Below are positions 17,106-26,662 of a stretch of 64,000 bases of DNA, piece by piece. The position numbers were made by a program, and so were the translations under genes. Position 1 is the first letter of the stretch. Every line of letters starts with the position of its first letter. Under the pieces are notes generated by a model. It made no database searches. It saw only the letters and a list, made by a program, of their open reading frames with translations, and was not told the origin of the DNA. Origin of the DNA: a virus; the IMG/VR virus record IMGVR_UViG_3300050821_010764, positions 80,801-144,800 of that record; one strand, written 5' to 3'.

Positions 17106-18248
17106 ATGTCAGGTGAATCCCCAGCATCAGTTTTATTTAGCTCAGACGGTACAGAATTAGCCGTTGTAAGTGGTAGTGCGATCCCAACTAGTACCAGGGC
17201 ACTATTAATTTCTGGTCAAAATCCAAGCGGTAACGCTACTTATGTACCATCATCTTTACATGGTGCTTTTGGTACTGCCGAGATGTCCAACGATTTCTCG
17301 ATTCAGTCTAACGCTACGTTAATAGCCAGCGGTTCTACTTTAGTCACCGCTAACTATTTCGGTACTCACGAAATTGCATTGATTGTTAACGTTACAGTGG
17401 CTCCAACCGGTACTACTCCAACACTATCATATTCTATTCAGGAAGTTGATCCTGGCAACGGCACTACACTTTATGGTAGCACCGCCTCTACCGGCTCTAT
17501 TACTGGTACCGGTGTGTTTACAGCCATTTTGAATGTGACCACCAGCTCTATGGTCAAGGTTACTTGGACCATTACTGGTACTACGCCAAGCTTCACTGGC
17601 GTTTACGCTACGATCACTACTAAGAACACTCCATCCACTCAGACTATTAACGGAACAGTTACATCAACTAACCCGTCCGTAGGTACTGATGGCGGTGCTT
17701 CTCTTACTTCTGATACTCAGGTTGGTGGTATTGCAACTACAGCTGCTCCAACTTATACCACTGGCACTCTAGATGCGTTGTCTTTGACATTAGGTGGTCA
17801 GTTGCGTATCGATGGTGCTTATCCAAAAGCTACTACTACCGCTAACTCTGCTGATATGATGCAGGTAGGTGGTATCGTTACTACTGCTGCTCCAGCCTAT
17901 ACTACTGGTCAGATTAACGCCCTATCTTTGGATACTGCTGGTAATCTACGTGTTTCGGCAATTACTAATAAGGCAGCAACTTCCGCTGTTACTTCTGTTG
18001 CCGTCACAGCCAGCACTAACACTACTTTGTTGGCTTCTAACGCTAGCAGAATTTTCGCCTCTATATTCAACGGCTCTAACAAGACCATTTACATTAAATT
18101 GGGAACTACTGCCAGCTTAACCAGTTATACAATTCAGTTGTTTACTGGTTCTTATTGGGAAGTTCCAAACGACTACACCGGTAACATTGATGAATTCTCT
18201 CCAGCCGGCGCATCTGGAAACGTTCTTGTAACTGAGCTAACTCCATAA
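17106..18248 (+). CDS. Thr-rich fibre/decoration-like protein
   Basis: GAGG RBS; MSGESPASVLFSSDG; two QVGGI.TTAAP.YTTG repeats; C-terminal domain ending ELTP like 16549. Confidence 0.6.
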   Translation: MSGESPASVLFSSDGTELAVVSGSAIPTSTRALLISGQNPSGNATYVPSSLHGAFGTAEMSNDFSIQSNATLIASGSTLVTANYFGTHEIALIVNVTVAPTGTTPTLSYSIQEVDPGNGTTLYGSTASTGSITGTGVFTAILNVTTSSMVKVTWTITGTTPSFTGVYATITTKNTPSTQTINGTVTSTNPSVGTDGGASLTSDTQVGGIATTAAPTYTTGTLDALSLTLGGQLRIDGAYPKATTTANSADMMQVGGIVTTAAPAYTTGQINALSLDTAGNLRVSAITNKAATSAVTSVAVTASTNTTLLASNASRIFASIFNGSNKTIYIKLGTTASLTSYTIQLFTGSYWEVPNDYTGNIDEFSPAGASGNVLVTELTP

Positions 18249-18274
18249 TCTGATTGATTGGTGGATAAAAATGA

Positions 18275-18308
18275 AAAAGAAGCTTGCTAGAAATAGCAAG
18301 CTTCTTTT
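18275..18308 (+). terminator. Intrinsic terminator
   Basis: 15-bp perfect stem, GAAA loop, T-rich tail. Confidence 0.85.
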
Positions 18309-18344
18309 ATTTTATCTATAATCCAGCATTTAGACGAGGAGAAA

Positions 18345-21317
18345 ATGTCAGGAACAAATCCAGAGTCAGTACTGTATGATATTAATGGAAATCCATTAGC
18401 CGTACAGAGCGGATCAGCAACGCCTACCTCTACTCCAGCTTTAATGATGGCTGGTTCAGATGGTGCTAATTCTAGATTCATCTTAGTTGATGGTTCTGGT
18501 CGCACAGTTGCGGTTGGAGCTGGTGTGGCGGGAACGCCTGCTGGTGGAGTACTGTCTATTCAAGGTATCTCTGGTGGTACAGTCGTTCCTATCAGCGGAA
18601 CCCTTACAGCCAATCAGGGAACCGCTAACACTATAGCTAACTCTTGGCCAATAGAAGTGACCGATGGTACTAATATTTTGGGTACCGCCGCTCATCCAAT
18701 TAGAATAGATCCAACGGGCACAACTATCCAACCAGTCTCAGGAACTGTAGCCGTTACACAAAGTACCTCTCCTTGGGTAGTGGGACAAGCTACCGCTTCT
18801 AGCTTAAATGCTACGGTTGTTGGATTAGGCGGCGCGGGCGCGCCCTCTGGTGGAATTATATCTACTCAAGTTCCAGATACAATAAATTCTGGAACTTTGA
18901 ATGCCTTGAATGCTGTTGTTTCGGTCTCATTAACTGGCAATCATGGCGCTGGTATGCAGTTATTGGCTGGTACTTTGCAAGGCACTATCACTCCTGAAAT
19001 TTCTTATGATGGCGGGACCACCTGGGTCGCCTCCTTTTTTGACGATCCGGTTACGGGAAATAAAGTTGCTACCATAGTTTTCGGAGCTAACAACACTGCT
19101 ACTGCCAGAACTATTGTAGCGCCCGCTGGTGCATCTCATGCTCGTGTTAGAGTTTCTGCTTTCACTTCGGGAACTGCGAATTGTAATATCCGCGCCACCA
19201 CATTAATAGAACCACCAGTTTTGTTTTCGGGCGCTGCTGGAGCAGCTTTACCACCAACTATCGTGCAAATGGGAGGTAATGATGGTAGTAATCTTAGAGC
19301 TATGCTTACAGATGCTTCCGGTCATCCAATCATTGTGGGTCCAGGAGTAGCTGGCACGCCATCTGGTGGAGTGGTAACTATTCAGGGAGTCTCTGGGGGA
19401 ACTGTAGTGCCCGTTAGTGGTACGGTAGCAGTTACACAGAGCACTTCTCCTTGGGCAGATAATATCACTCAGTTTGGTGGAACTAATATTTCTACTGGTA
19501 CTGGAGCTAGTGGAGCTGGTATTCCAAGAGTTACTGTTTCCAATGATTCCAATATTTTGGCAACACAATCTGGTTCTTGGACTGTTACCGATAATCAAGG
19601 AACTCCAAACACACTTGCCAATAAGTGGCCAGTTCAAGTTACGGACGGAACTAATACCATGCCAACTGGCGATGCAGTTGGTAGGGCTATTTTCGAGAAA
19701 ATTACCGATGGTACCAATACAGCTGCCGTCAAGGCGGCTTCCACTGCCGCTGTGGCAACCGATCCATCACTGGTAGTCGGCTTCTCACCTAACTCTCCAT
19801 TGCCAACAGGTGCTAATACTATAGGTATCGTTAATCAAGGCACTGCTGCCTCTCTAGCTAATGCTTGGTCTACCAAAATTACAGATGCTACCAATGGTCC
19901 GGTCGCCGTCAAAGCGGCATCTACCGCTGCCGTTGCTACTGATCCGGCTCTAGTCGTTGCCATTAGTCCTAACAATGTTATCAACGCTGCTGTTTCTGAC
20001 GTAACAGCTACTGGAACTTTAAATGCTCTTAACGCTACTGTTCAACTAGCTATTCAAGGCGAAAATGATGCTGGTATGCAATTAGTAGCCGGTACATTGG
20101 TGGGCACAATAGTGCCGGAAATTTCTATTGATGGTGGTACTACTTGGGCAGCCACCTTTTTCTCAGATCCAACTACTAAAAATAAAGTTTCCAGTATCGT
20201 TTTTGGCTCTAGTAACACCGCTACTACTAGAGCTATTGTTGGTGTTGGTGGCACATCACATGTTCGTGTTAGGGTGTCTGCTTTCACTTCTGGCACTGCT
20301 ACTTGTAATTTGCGTGCTACCGCCATGCAAGATCCGTCTAATATGTATGATAGTTCAGCGGGTGCTGCTCTCCCTCCAACCATTGCTCAGGTAGGAGGTT
20401 CAGTAACCACTGCCTCTCCAACTTATGTAACTGGTACTGCTAACGCCTTATCTTTAGACACATCCGGTCGTCTGCGTGAAGATGTTACCTCTTGGCTAGG
20501 TTCTACAGCTCCCACTGTGGGACAGAAAACCATGGCTAACTCTGTGCCAGTCACCATTGCTTCTGATCAATCTGCTATTCCAGTTTCCATTTCTGCTCCG
20601 GCTGGAGCTAGAGTGGGTCTTGTTCAAGGAATAGTTATCCTGGGTGGAGGTACCGGAGGATCATTGAATGCCATTCGTGCTACCACTTATAATGAACAGA
20701 CTACCAATGCTCAACGTTCCGTTTCTTCTGCTAGTGCCAGCGACACCTCTGCGGGGACGGGCGCCCGACAAATAACTATTACCTATTATGATCAAACTTG
20801 CGCCGGTCCTTTTACTGAAGTGGTTACTATGAATGGTACTACTTCGGTAAATACTGTTAGTACTACAATTTGTTTTATCGAAAAAATACAAGTTACTAGC
20901 GTTGGATCAGGAGGTACTAATGCCGGAGTAATTACATTATTTGTCAGTACTGCGGGCGGTGGAGGAACTATTGGTACTATTGGAACCGGTAACGTCGTAT
21001 CTGGAGTAGGAGATAGACAAACATTGTGGGCTCATCATTATATTGCTACCGGAAAAACTGCTCAGTTGGCAACCCTAGTAATTGGATCAACCAACTCCAG
21101 CGCCTCTAATGCTACTTTCTTAATGAGGTCTAAAGATCCAACAAGTGCTACTAGTTCGGACCTTCAGATCAGCGACTTCTTACCATCCAATATTTCTACG
21201 GTAAGAGCCTTGGGAATTCCTCTTAAAATTGCTGGTCCCGCCCGAATTTTGGTTTTGGGAAACCCAACTGGTAACAACAGCACTTTAGTCGCTTCATTCG
21301 ACTACTCGGAGACATAA
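18345..21317 (+). CDS. Long modular fibre-like virion protein (990 aa)
   Basis: GAGGAG RBS; internal duplications (GTLNALNA..AGMQL.AGTL.GTI.PEIS.DGGTTW; AVKAASTAAVATDP; W...VTDGTN); C-terminal NAQRS domain. Confidence 0.65.
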   Translation: MSGTNPESVLYDINGNPLAVQSGSATPTSTPALMMAGSDGANSRFILVDGSGRTVAVGAGVAGTPAGGVLSIQGISGGTVVPISGTLTANQGTANTIANSWPIEVTDGTNILGTAAHPIRIDPTGTTIQPVSGTVAVTQSTSPWVVGQATASSLNATVVGLGGAGAPSGGIISTQVPDTINSGTLNALNAVVSVSLTGNHGAGMQLLAGTLQGTITPEISYDGGTTWVASFFDDPVTGNKVATIVFGANNTATARTIVAPAGASHARVRVSAFTSGTANCNIRATTLIEPPVLFSGAAGAALPPTIVQMGGNDGSNLRAMLTDASGHPIIVGPGVAGTPSGGVVTIQGVSGGTVVPVSGTVAVTQSTSPWADNITQFGGTNISTGTGASGAGIPRVTVSNDSNILATQSGSWTVTDNQGTPNTLANKWPVQVTDGTNTMPTGDAVGRAIFEKITDGTNTAAVKAASTAAVATDPSLVVGFSPNSPLPTGANTIGIVNQGTAASLANAWSTKITDATNGPVAVKAASTAAVATDPALVVAISPNNVINAAVSDVTATGTLNALNATVQLAIQGENDAGMQLVAGTLVGTIVPEISIDGGTTWAATFFSDPTTKNKVSSIVFGSSNTATTRAIVGVGGTSHVRVRVSAFTSGTATCNLRATAMQDPSNMYDSSAGAALPPTIAQVGGSVTTASPTYVTGTANALSLDTSGRLREDVTSWLGSTAPTVGQKTMANSVPVTIASDQSAIPVSISAPAGARVGLVQGIVILGGGTGGSLNAIRATTYNEQTTNAQRSVSSASASDTSAGTGARQITITYYDQTCAGPFTEVVTMNGTTSVNTVSTTICFIEKIQVTSVGSGGTNAGVITLFVSTAGGGGTIGTIGTGNVVSGVGDRQTLWAHHYIATGKTAQLATLVIGSTNSSASNATFLMRSKDPTSATSSDLQISDFLPSNISTVRALGIPLKIAGPARILVLGNPTGNNSTLVASFDYSET

Positions 21318-21318
21318 A

Positions 21319-22284
21319 ATGCCAGTAACTTTTAGCAATCCCGTTATCTTATCATCTACTTGGACTGTTTTTAAGTCTAGTGCCATCACTGGTAAATCTT
21401 TATTGGTCCAGTATCAAGATGACGGTTCCATCTATACTATTTTTGCCATTGATTTATCAATTGCCTATACGTGTATTATCTGGAAGGGGACCGTACCAGA
21501 TGGTGTAATTAATAGTGGGTATTCACAAGCACAAAATGACACCGACAAAGCAGATTTTGAAAATAACTATAAAGCCCAAGCCAATAAAACTTTAACTCCT
21601 AAAAGCCAGGTAAATCTAGGGTACACTACTTCTGTTGGTAGCGCATTAACTGCTATTCGTGCTACAGCTTATGTTCAACAGACCACTAATGCTCAAAGAT
21701 CTTTAGTATCTAGCAGTGCTTCCGATACGGCAGCAGGTGCGGGTGCACAATCTATTAAAATAACATATTATGATCAAACTTTAGCTGGACCCTTCACTGA
21801 GACTGTTAGTTTGAATGGTATTACTGCCGTTAATACTGTAGGTACCAATATCTGTTTTATAGAAAAGATGGAGTGTACCTCTGTAGGAAATCAACTTTCT
21901 AATGTGGGAACTATTACTTTAACCATATCAACTGGTGGAGCTGGTGGAACTATAGGAACTATTGCGGCGGGTGATGGAATTACTAATTGGTGCCATCACT
22001 ATGTGGCTACCGGTAAAACCATGAATCTTGTTTCTGTCATAGGAACTATTCAAGGACAAAATAGTGGTGCCATGGAAGTCCATCGTACGGTTCCCACTGA
22101 CACAACAAAGACAGAATTAACGATTGCTCCCAAATATAGAATTACCACTAATTCATCTGGAACTTTGAGTTTTAATTCTCCAATTATGGTTGCCGGACCA
22201 GCTTTAGTTTTGGTGTATGGTCGTTCTGACGCATCTACTGGAAATCTAAATTGGTCCGTTGGTATGGGATATTACGAGGCTTAA
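21319..22284 (+). CDS. Virion protein with C-terminal domain paralogous to 18345 and 23256
   Basis: AIRATAY.QQTTNAQRS..DT.AG.GA..I.ITY..WCHHYV.TGKT. Confidence 0.6.
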   Translation: MPVTFSNPVILSSTWTVFKSSAITGKSLLVQYQDDGSIYTIFAIDLSIAYTCIIWKGTVPDGVINSGYSQAQNDTDKADFENNYKAQANKTLTPKSQVNLGYTTSVGSALTAIRATAYVQQTTNAQRSLVSSSASDTAAGAGAQSIKITYYDQTLAGPFTETVSLNGITAVNTVGTNICFIEKMECTSVGNQLSNVGTITLTISTGGAGGTIGTIAAGDGITNWCHHYVATGKTMNLVSVIGTIQGQNSGAMEVHRTVPTDTTKTELTIAPKYRITTNSSGTLSFNSPIMVAGPALVLVYGRSDASTGNLNWSVGMGYYEA

Positions 22285-22285
22285 C

Positions 22286-23245
22286 ATGGCAATTGGCGAT
22301 AGATCAATAGAAAATATAATCATATATGATGAGAACGGTAATCAACTTACTAGTTTTAACTCACCAACTGAAGATATTCCAATTTCTCAGAGTGCCTCAT
22401 GGCTTGATTATGCTTTTAATCAGTCAGATGGTACGTTAGATACTACTCAATTTTGGACCAGCACTGTGGTAGGAACAGGAACGGCTACTCAAGGTAGTGG
22501 TGTTGGAACTTTATCTACTGGTACCACGGCTAATTCCACAGTTTCTTTACAGAGTCCTATTTCTCGTCTTCTGCCGGCGACCACAAATGCATTTCAAGCG
22601 GACGTGCAAACAGGAAATACAGGAGTCGCTAATAACAATCGTTTGTGGGGTGTTTTTGATGCCAATAACGGATATTTTTTCAAGTTAGCAGGTACGACCT
22701 TACAATTCGTAACGCGCAAGGCAACTGTCGATAGTACCACTAACATTACTTTATTTACCTTGGATACTAATTTCCATAGATATAAAATTGTGTACAATGG
22801 TATGGGAGCGGTCGCATCTGTTGATGGAATTGTAGTAGTTACTCTGACAATGAATCCGGCTGCCGTTCTTACCGCCAATGATAACTTACCTATTCGTTTA
22901 GAAAATGACAACTCTGGTGGATTAGCAACCAATCAAACTCTTTTAGTTAGATCGGTCGGAGTAGATGGGCATGGAATATTAGGACGCAGATCAAGATTTG
23001 TTCGTCTGAATGCGGCGGCTACTACAGTAGTAAAAAGAGGTCCGGGAACTTTGCGCAAAATAATGGTTAATAACGGAGCATTAGCAGCCACCGTTACGAT
23101 TACAGATAATACAGCCGCAGGTGGAACCGCTATCGGCGTGATTAATGCTGCTAATCCTGGTTCTTTCATTTATGATTTAGATTTTAACGTCGGTTTAACT
23201 GTAGTTATTGCAGGTACACCCGACATAACCGTTGTATATGAATAA
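22286..23245 (+). CDS. Virion protein with lectin/concanavalin-like beta-sandwich
   Basis: ATG 22286 after GAGG; IIYDENGNQL anchor-like N-terminus; WGVFD..NGYFF..FHRYKI..VDG pattern. Confidence 0.5.
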   Translation: MAIGDRSIENIIIYDENGNQLTSFNSPTEDIPISQSASWLDYAFNQSDGTLDTTQFWTSTVVGTGTATQGSGVGTLSTGTTANSTVSLQSPISRLLPATTNAFQADVQTGNTGVANNNRLWGVFDANNGYFFKLAGTTLQFVTRKATVDSTTNITLFTLDTNFHRYKIVYNGMGAVASVDGIVVVTLTMNPAAVLTANDNLPIRLENDNSGGLATNQTLLVRSVGVDGHGILGRRSRFVRLNAAATTVVKRGPGTLRKIMVNNGALAATVTITDNTAAGGTAIGVINAANPGSFIYDLDFNVGLTVVIAGTPDITVVYE

Positions 23246-23255
23246 GGGGCTGTAA

Positions 23256-23999
23256 ATGAGTATTAGCGATTTACTTTCATTATCACAGCACCTCGAAGTG
23301 CAAAGTGGAACTGTGAGCGGCTATATCGCCACATCTGCTACGACATCAGTGACTGTTCGTGCAACAATTTATACTCCACAAGGCGCTAATGCACAACGTA
23401 GTATTGTATCAACCAATGTTAATGATACGGCAGCGGGAACTGGTGCAAGAACTATTTTGATTACATATTTAAGCACAGACATGGCATCCTATAAAACAGA
23501 CACCGTCACTTTGAATGGGACTACAGCTGTTAACACCAATGCAACAGATATAGCTTTGATTGAAAAAATGACCGTAGCTACTAGTGGAAGTAGTGGAGGC
23601 AATGCTGGAACTATAAATTTTCTTACTGGACTTGCTGGAGCTGGCTCTATCTGGGGCTCTATTGCCACTGGTGATGGTCAAACATTTTGGTGTCATCACT
23701 ATGTGATCACTGGGAAAACGTTCTACATAGCGGCTGTTACCGCCGCTGCGACCGCCACTAATGGACAAGTAAGCATTCTACAGATTGCTAATCCAACATC
23801 CGTCCCCCAGGGACCACAATTACAGGTAGTCTCTACTTATTTACATGGCAATCAAACTACTGCCGGATTTCCTCCTGTAGATAAAGAAATTCAAGCGGCA
23901 AATCCTATTGTGGGACCAGCTATCATATTTCTCAACGAAAGACCGGCAGCTGTTACTGCCTCTACAACTCACGCATCATTTGAATATATTCAATTCTAA
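23256..23999 (+). CDS. Stand-alone paralogue of the NAQRS...WCHHY domain
   Basis: Motif match to 21319 and C-terminus of 18345. Confidence 0.6.
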   Translation: MSISDLLSLSQHLEVQSGTVSGYIATSATTSVTVRATIYTPQGANAQRSIVSTNVNDTAAGTGARTILITYLSTDMASYKTDTVTLNGTTAVNTNATDIALIEKMTVATSGSSGGNAGTINFLTGLAGAGSIWGSIATGDGQTFWCHHYVITGKTFYIAAVTAAATATNGQVSILQIANPTSVPQGPQLQVVSTYLHGNQTTAGFPPVDKEIQAANPIVGPAIIFLNERPAAVTASTTHASFEYIQF

Positions 24000-24005
24000 T
24001 TCTAC

Positions 24006-24020
24006 TAACAATTCAGCATA
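24006..24020 (+). promoter_or_regulatory. Putative late promoter TAACA-N5-GCATA
   Basis: Matches recurrent intergenic motif. Confidence 0.5.
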
Positions 24021-24068
24021 TAGTTGAAATAATAAAGTCGGACGCAAACTTCAACTAAGGGGAAAAGC

Positions 24069-24977
24069 ATGACAGTTACAGCAGTTACCATTCCAACTCC
24101 ACCAAATAGCAATCTAGATCGTGCTATGTTCGTATGGATACCACAGGTGGGTGGAGCAAGTGATCCATTAAGTTCCGACACCAATATGCAGAATCTGCTA
24201 AACTGGTGTACTAACAACGGAATCAACGTACTTTTCTTGGATATCTGGGTTTACTTGGGTGGTGGAAATTTCTCTACTACACACGCACAAACTTTCCAGA
24301 AATTTATTCATTTTGCTCACGCTTCAGGCATTCGTGTTCTAGCACTTGGCGGAAATACTGATTGGGGACACAATCAACAATGGGTTATGGCAAATGTTGT
24401 TAAGAACATTGCCCAATATCAAGCTTACTGCGCAAATAACTCAACTAACACCGAGGGTGGTTTTGATGGTGTTATTCTAGATGCAGAATACTGGACCGTT
24501 AACGGTTACACCTCTACTGAACCAACGGGTATGTGTGATCTTATGAAGGCTATGCGTTCTGTTCTACAACTACCAGTTGGATTCGCTCCAACTCAGTGGT
24601 TGACTGACCCACTTAGTGCGGCATTGTCTTTCACTTATGACGGTTACACTGGTCTAGAGGGATATCATTTGATGAGACACGCAGATTTCTGTGTCATTCA
24701 AGCTTACTCTAACAGTGCTACCACTCAAACTAGCATGTTGCAAAACTGGTTTAACTACGCAAGCCAATCCGGATTCAATCTTGGATTGTACTGTGCCTCT
24801 TTGACTGATACCGGACAAGGAAGCGCTTCTTACTGGACTGGTTCTGCTGGCGCAAAAGCAACTATGGAGACCGCTCACACCACTATCTCTGGTAATTTTA
24901 CTGCTTCGCCTAATACTAATGCAAGTTTTAGAGGTCAAGCTATTGAACAGTATTCTTCTTACAAAAACATGACCTAA
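24069..24977 (+). CDS. TIM-barrel glycoside hydrolase-like protein (GH18-related motif)
   Basis: AH.SGIRVLAL.G and GFDGVILDAEYW resemble GH18 beta-3/beta-4 strands (FDGxDxDxEY). Confidence 0.6.
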   Translation: MTVTAVTIPTPPNSNLDRAMFVWIPQVGGASDPLSSDTNMQNLLNWCTNNGINVLFLDIWVYLGGGNFSTTHAQTFQKFIHFAHASGIRVLALGGNTDWGHNQQWVMANVVKNIAQYQAYCANNSTNTEGGFDGVILDAEYWTVNGYTSTEPTGMCDLMKAMRSVLQLPVGFAPTQWLTDPLSAALSFTYDGYTGLEGYHLMRHADFCVIQAYSNSATTQTSMLQNWFNYASQSGFNLGLYCASLTDTGQGSASYWTGSAGAKATMETAHTTISGNFTASPNTNASFRGQAIEQYSSYKNMT

Positions 24978-24998
24978 TATTTGCTTAATTAGGTAATT

Positions 24999-25036
24999 AG
25001 CGCCTGGCAACGAAAGTTGCTGGGCGTTTCTGTTTT
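24999..25036 (+). terminator. Intrinsic terminator
   Basis: 13-bp stem with G-U pairs, GAAA loop, followed by TCTGTTTT. Confidence 0.8.
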
Positions 25037-25087
25037 CAACCTACTAAATTGATATATGATTAAGGGACATTGTGCAAGTGAGGTTAA

Positions 25088-25948
25088 ATGCGAGCTTTGG
25101 TCTTGTCCGGTGGTGGCAGCAAAGGAGCTTATCAGGCAGGTGCACTCAAATATATTTTGGGTGAGCTGAGTGTTGCCTACGATGTCTTCTGTGGTGTCTC
25201 TGTAGGAGCCATTAATTGTTCTTTTCTATCTATGTTTCATAGTGGTCAAGAGGTTGAATCTGCTAATCTTCTTGCGGAGTTATGGTCTAAACTGGATAAT
25301 TCTAAAATTTACAAGCGTTGGTTTCCATTTGGACGCTGGCATGCTCTCTGGAATAAGAGTTTTTTCGATAGTTCACCATTACACACTATGCTGAAAGGCT
25401 ATTTAGACCTAGATAAAATTAGAGCAAGTGGTAAAAAAGTTAATGTAGGAACCGTTTCTTTAAGTTCAGGTAAGTATACCATCTTCGATCAGTCTTCTGA
25501 CCATTTTATTGAAGCAGTTATTGCTTCGGCATCCTTTCCTGGTATGCTGACACCGGTTAAATTTTTAGGACAGTTGTGGACTGATGGTGGAGTCAAGGAA
25601 ATATCGCCCATTAAAAAGGCAATGGAAATGGGAGCCGATGAAATCGACGTTATTATTACATCTCCTCAGACCAGGGTGAAACATTTCATCGAGAATCCGA
25701 CTACTGTAGATATTTTGAAGCGCTCTATTGACCTATCTACTGATAAAATCATGGCAAATGACATTGAGAAGATTCAAATGCACAATACTTTAGCGCAAGC
25801 AGGGCTGGCGGATTATAAGTACGTAAAACTTAACATTTTACGTCCAGATTACAATCTAATTGAGGATTTGCTAGATTTTAGACCGGAAAAAATCAAAGAG
25901 ATGATGGAAAAGGGCTATAAGGACGCTAAATACAAATACACAATGTAA
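25088..25948 (+). CDS. Patatin-like phospholipase
   Basis: LVLSGGGSKG oxyanion motif, GVSVG nucleophile elbow, ASAS.P, DGG catalytic Asp. Confidence 0.9.
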   Translation: MRALVLSGGGSKGAYQAGALKYILGELSVAYDVFCGVSVGAINCSFLSMFHSGQEVESANLLAELWSKLDNSKIYKRWFPFGRWHALWNKSFFDSSPLHTMLKGYLDLDKIRASGKKVNVGTVSLSSGKYTIFDQSSDHFIEAVIASASFPGMLTPVKFLGQLWTDGGVKEISPIKKAMEMGADEIDVIITSPQTRVKHFIENPTTVDILKRSIDLSTDKIMANDIEKIQMHNTLAQAGLADYKYVKLNILRPDYNLIEDLLDFRPEKIKEMMEKGYKDAKYKYTM

Positions 25949-25978
25949 TAATTCCATATAGTAACAGGAGAATACTCG

Positions 25979-26296
25979 ATGCCTAACTTTGCCGACCCAC
26001 TAGCGCCCATTGACTACGGTTATGACTTCAATTTCTTTAAGAAATACACCTCTTCAGGTGGGTCATACTCAACTGACGCCAATGTGTTAATCAACATGAA
26101 AGCTCCAACCTATACGGTGACTTTTCAATTAGAATCGGGCGGACCAGTTACTTATTCTTTCAATGGTTTGACTGATCATGGTGATATGACTCTAACTTTG
26201 CCAAGTCAGAACCTTATTTTTGAGAATAGGGTAATTTCTAAGATTTGGTTCAAAGGTTCTGGTGTAGTTCGTATCGAGGCATGGGCAATTAGATAA
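25979..26296 (+). CDS. Small beta-rich virion protein
   Basis: AGGAG RBS; 105 aa. Confidence 0.55.
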   Translation: MPNFADPLAPIDYGYDFNFFKKYTSSGGSYSTDANVLINMKAPTYTVTFQLESGGPVTYSFNGLTDHGDMTLTLPSQNLIFENRVISKIWFKGSGVVRIEAWAIR

Positions 26297-26305
26297 GGGG
26301 CAATA

Positions 26306-26662
26306 ATGTCAACAGTATTGTCGCATCAGCCCGGTCAAACGGCAACCATCGTTCAACAAATTCTTAATCTAGATGGTTACAGAGCCGATGGTTATTCTTT
26401 TAGTGGCATTGGTGCACCCATCATAGCTAGAATCATCTATCCCAATTTTATGTTGGCACCTAACTTCCCTCTTATTATGACTAAGTTAGATACCGGCTTG
26501 TATAGTCATTCATTTACATTGCCTAGTGGAGCGGCAGCGGTTGGACTCTACATAGTAGATATTTATTGGTATCATCCTAATACATTAAGTTTGCAACAAG
26601 AGATTGTTCAAATAAATGTAACGGCTCCATTTGGATTATATAGCATTACGGCAGGACCATAA
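26306..26662 (+). CDS. Ig-like protein
   Basis: TGLYSHSFTLP..GLYIVDIYW resembles Ig-fold pattern; similar to N-terminus of 30063. Confidence 0.5.
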   Translation: MSTVLSHQPGQTATIVQQILNLDGYRADGYSFSGIGAPIIARIIYPNFMLAPNFPLIMTKLDTGLYSHSFTLPSGAAAVGLYIVDIYWYHPNTLSLQQEIVQINVTAPFGLYSITAGP

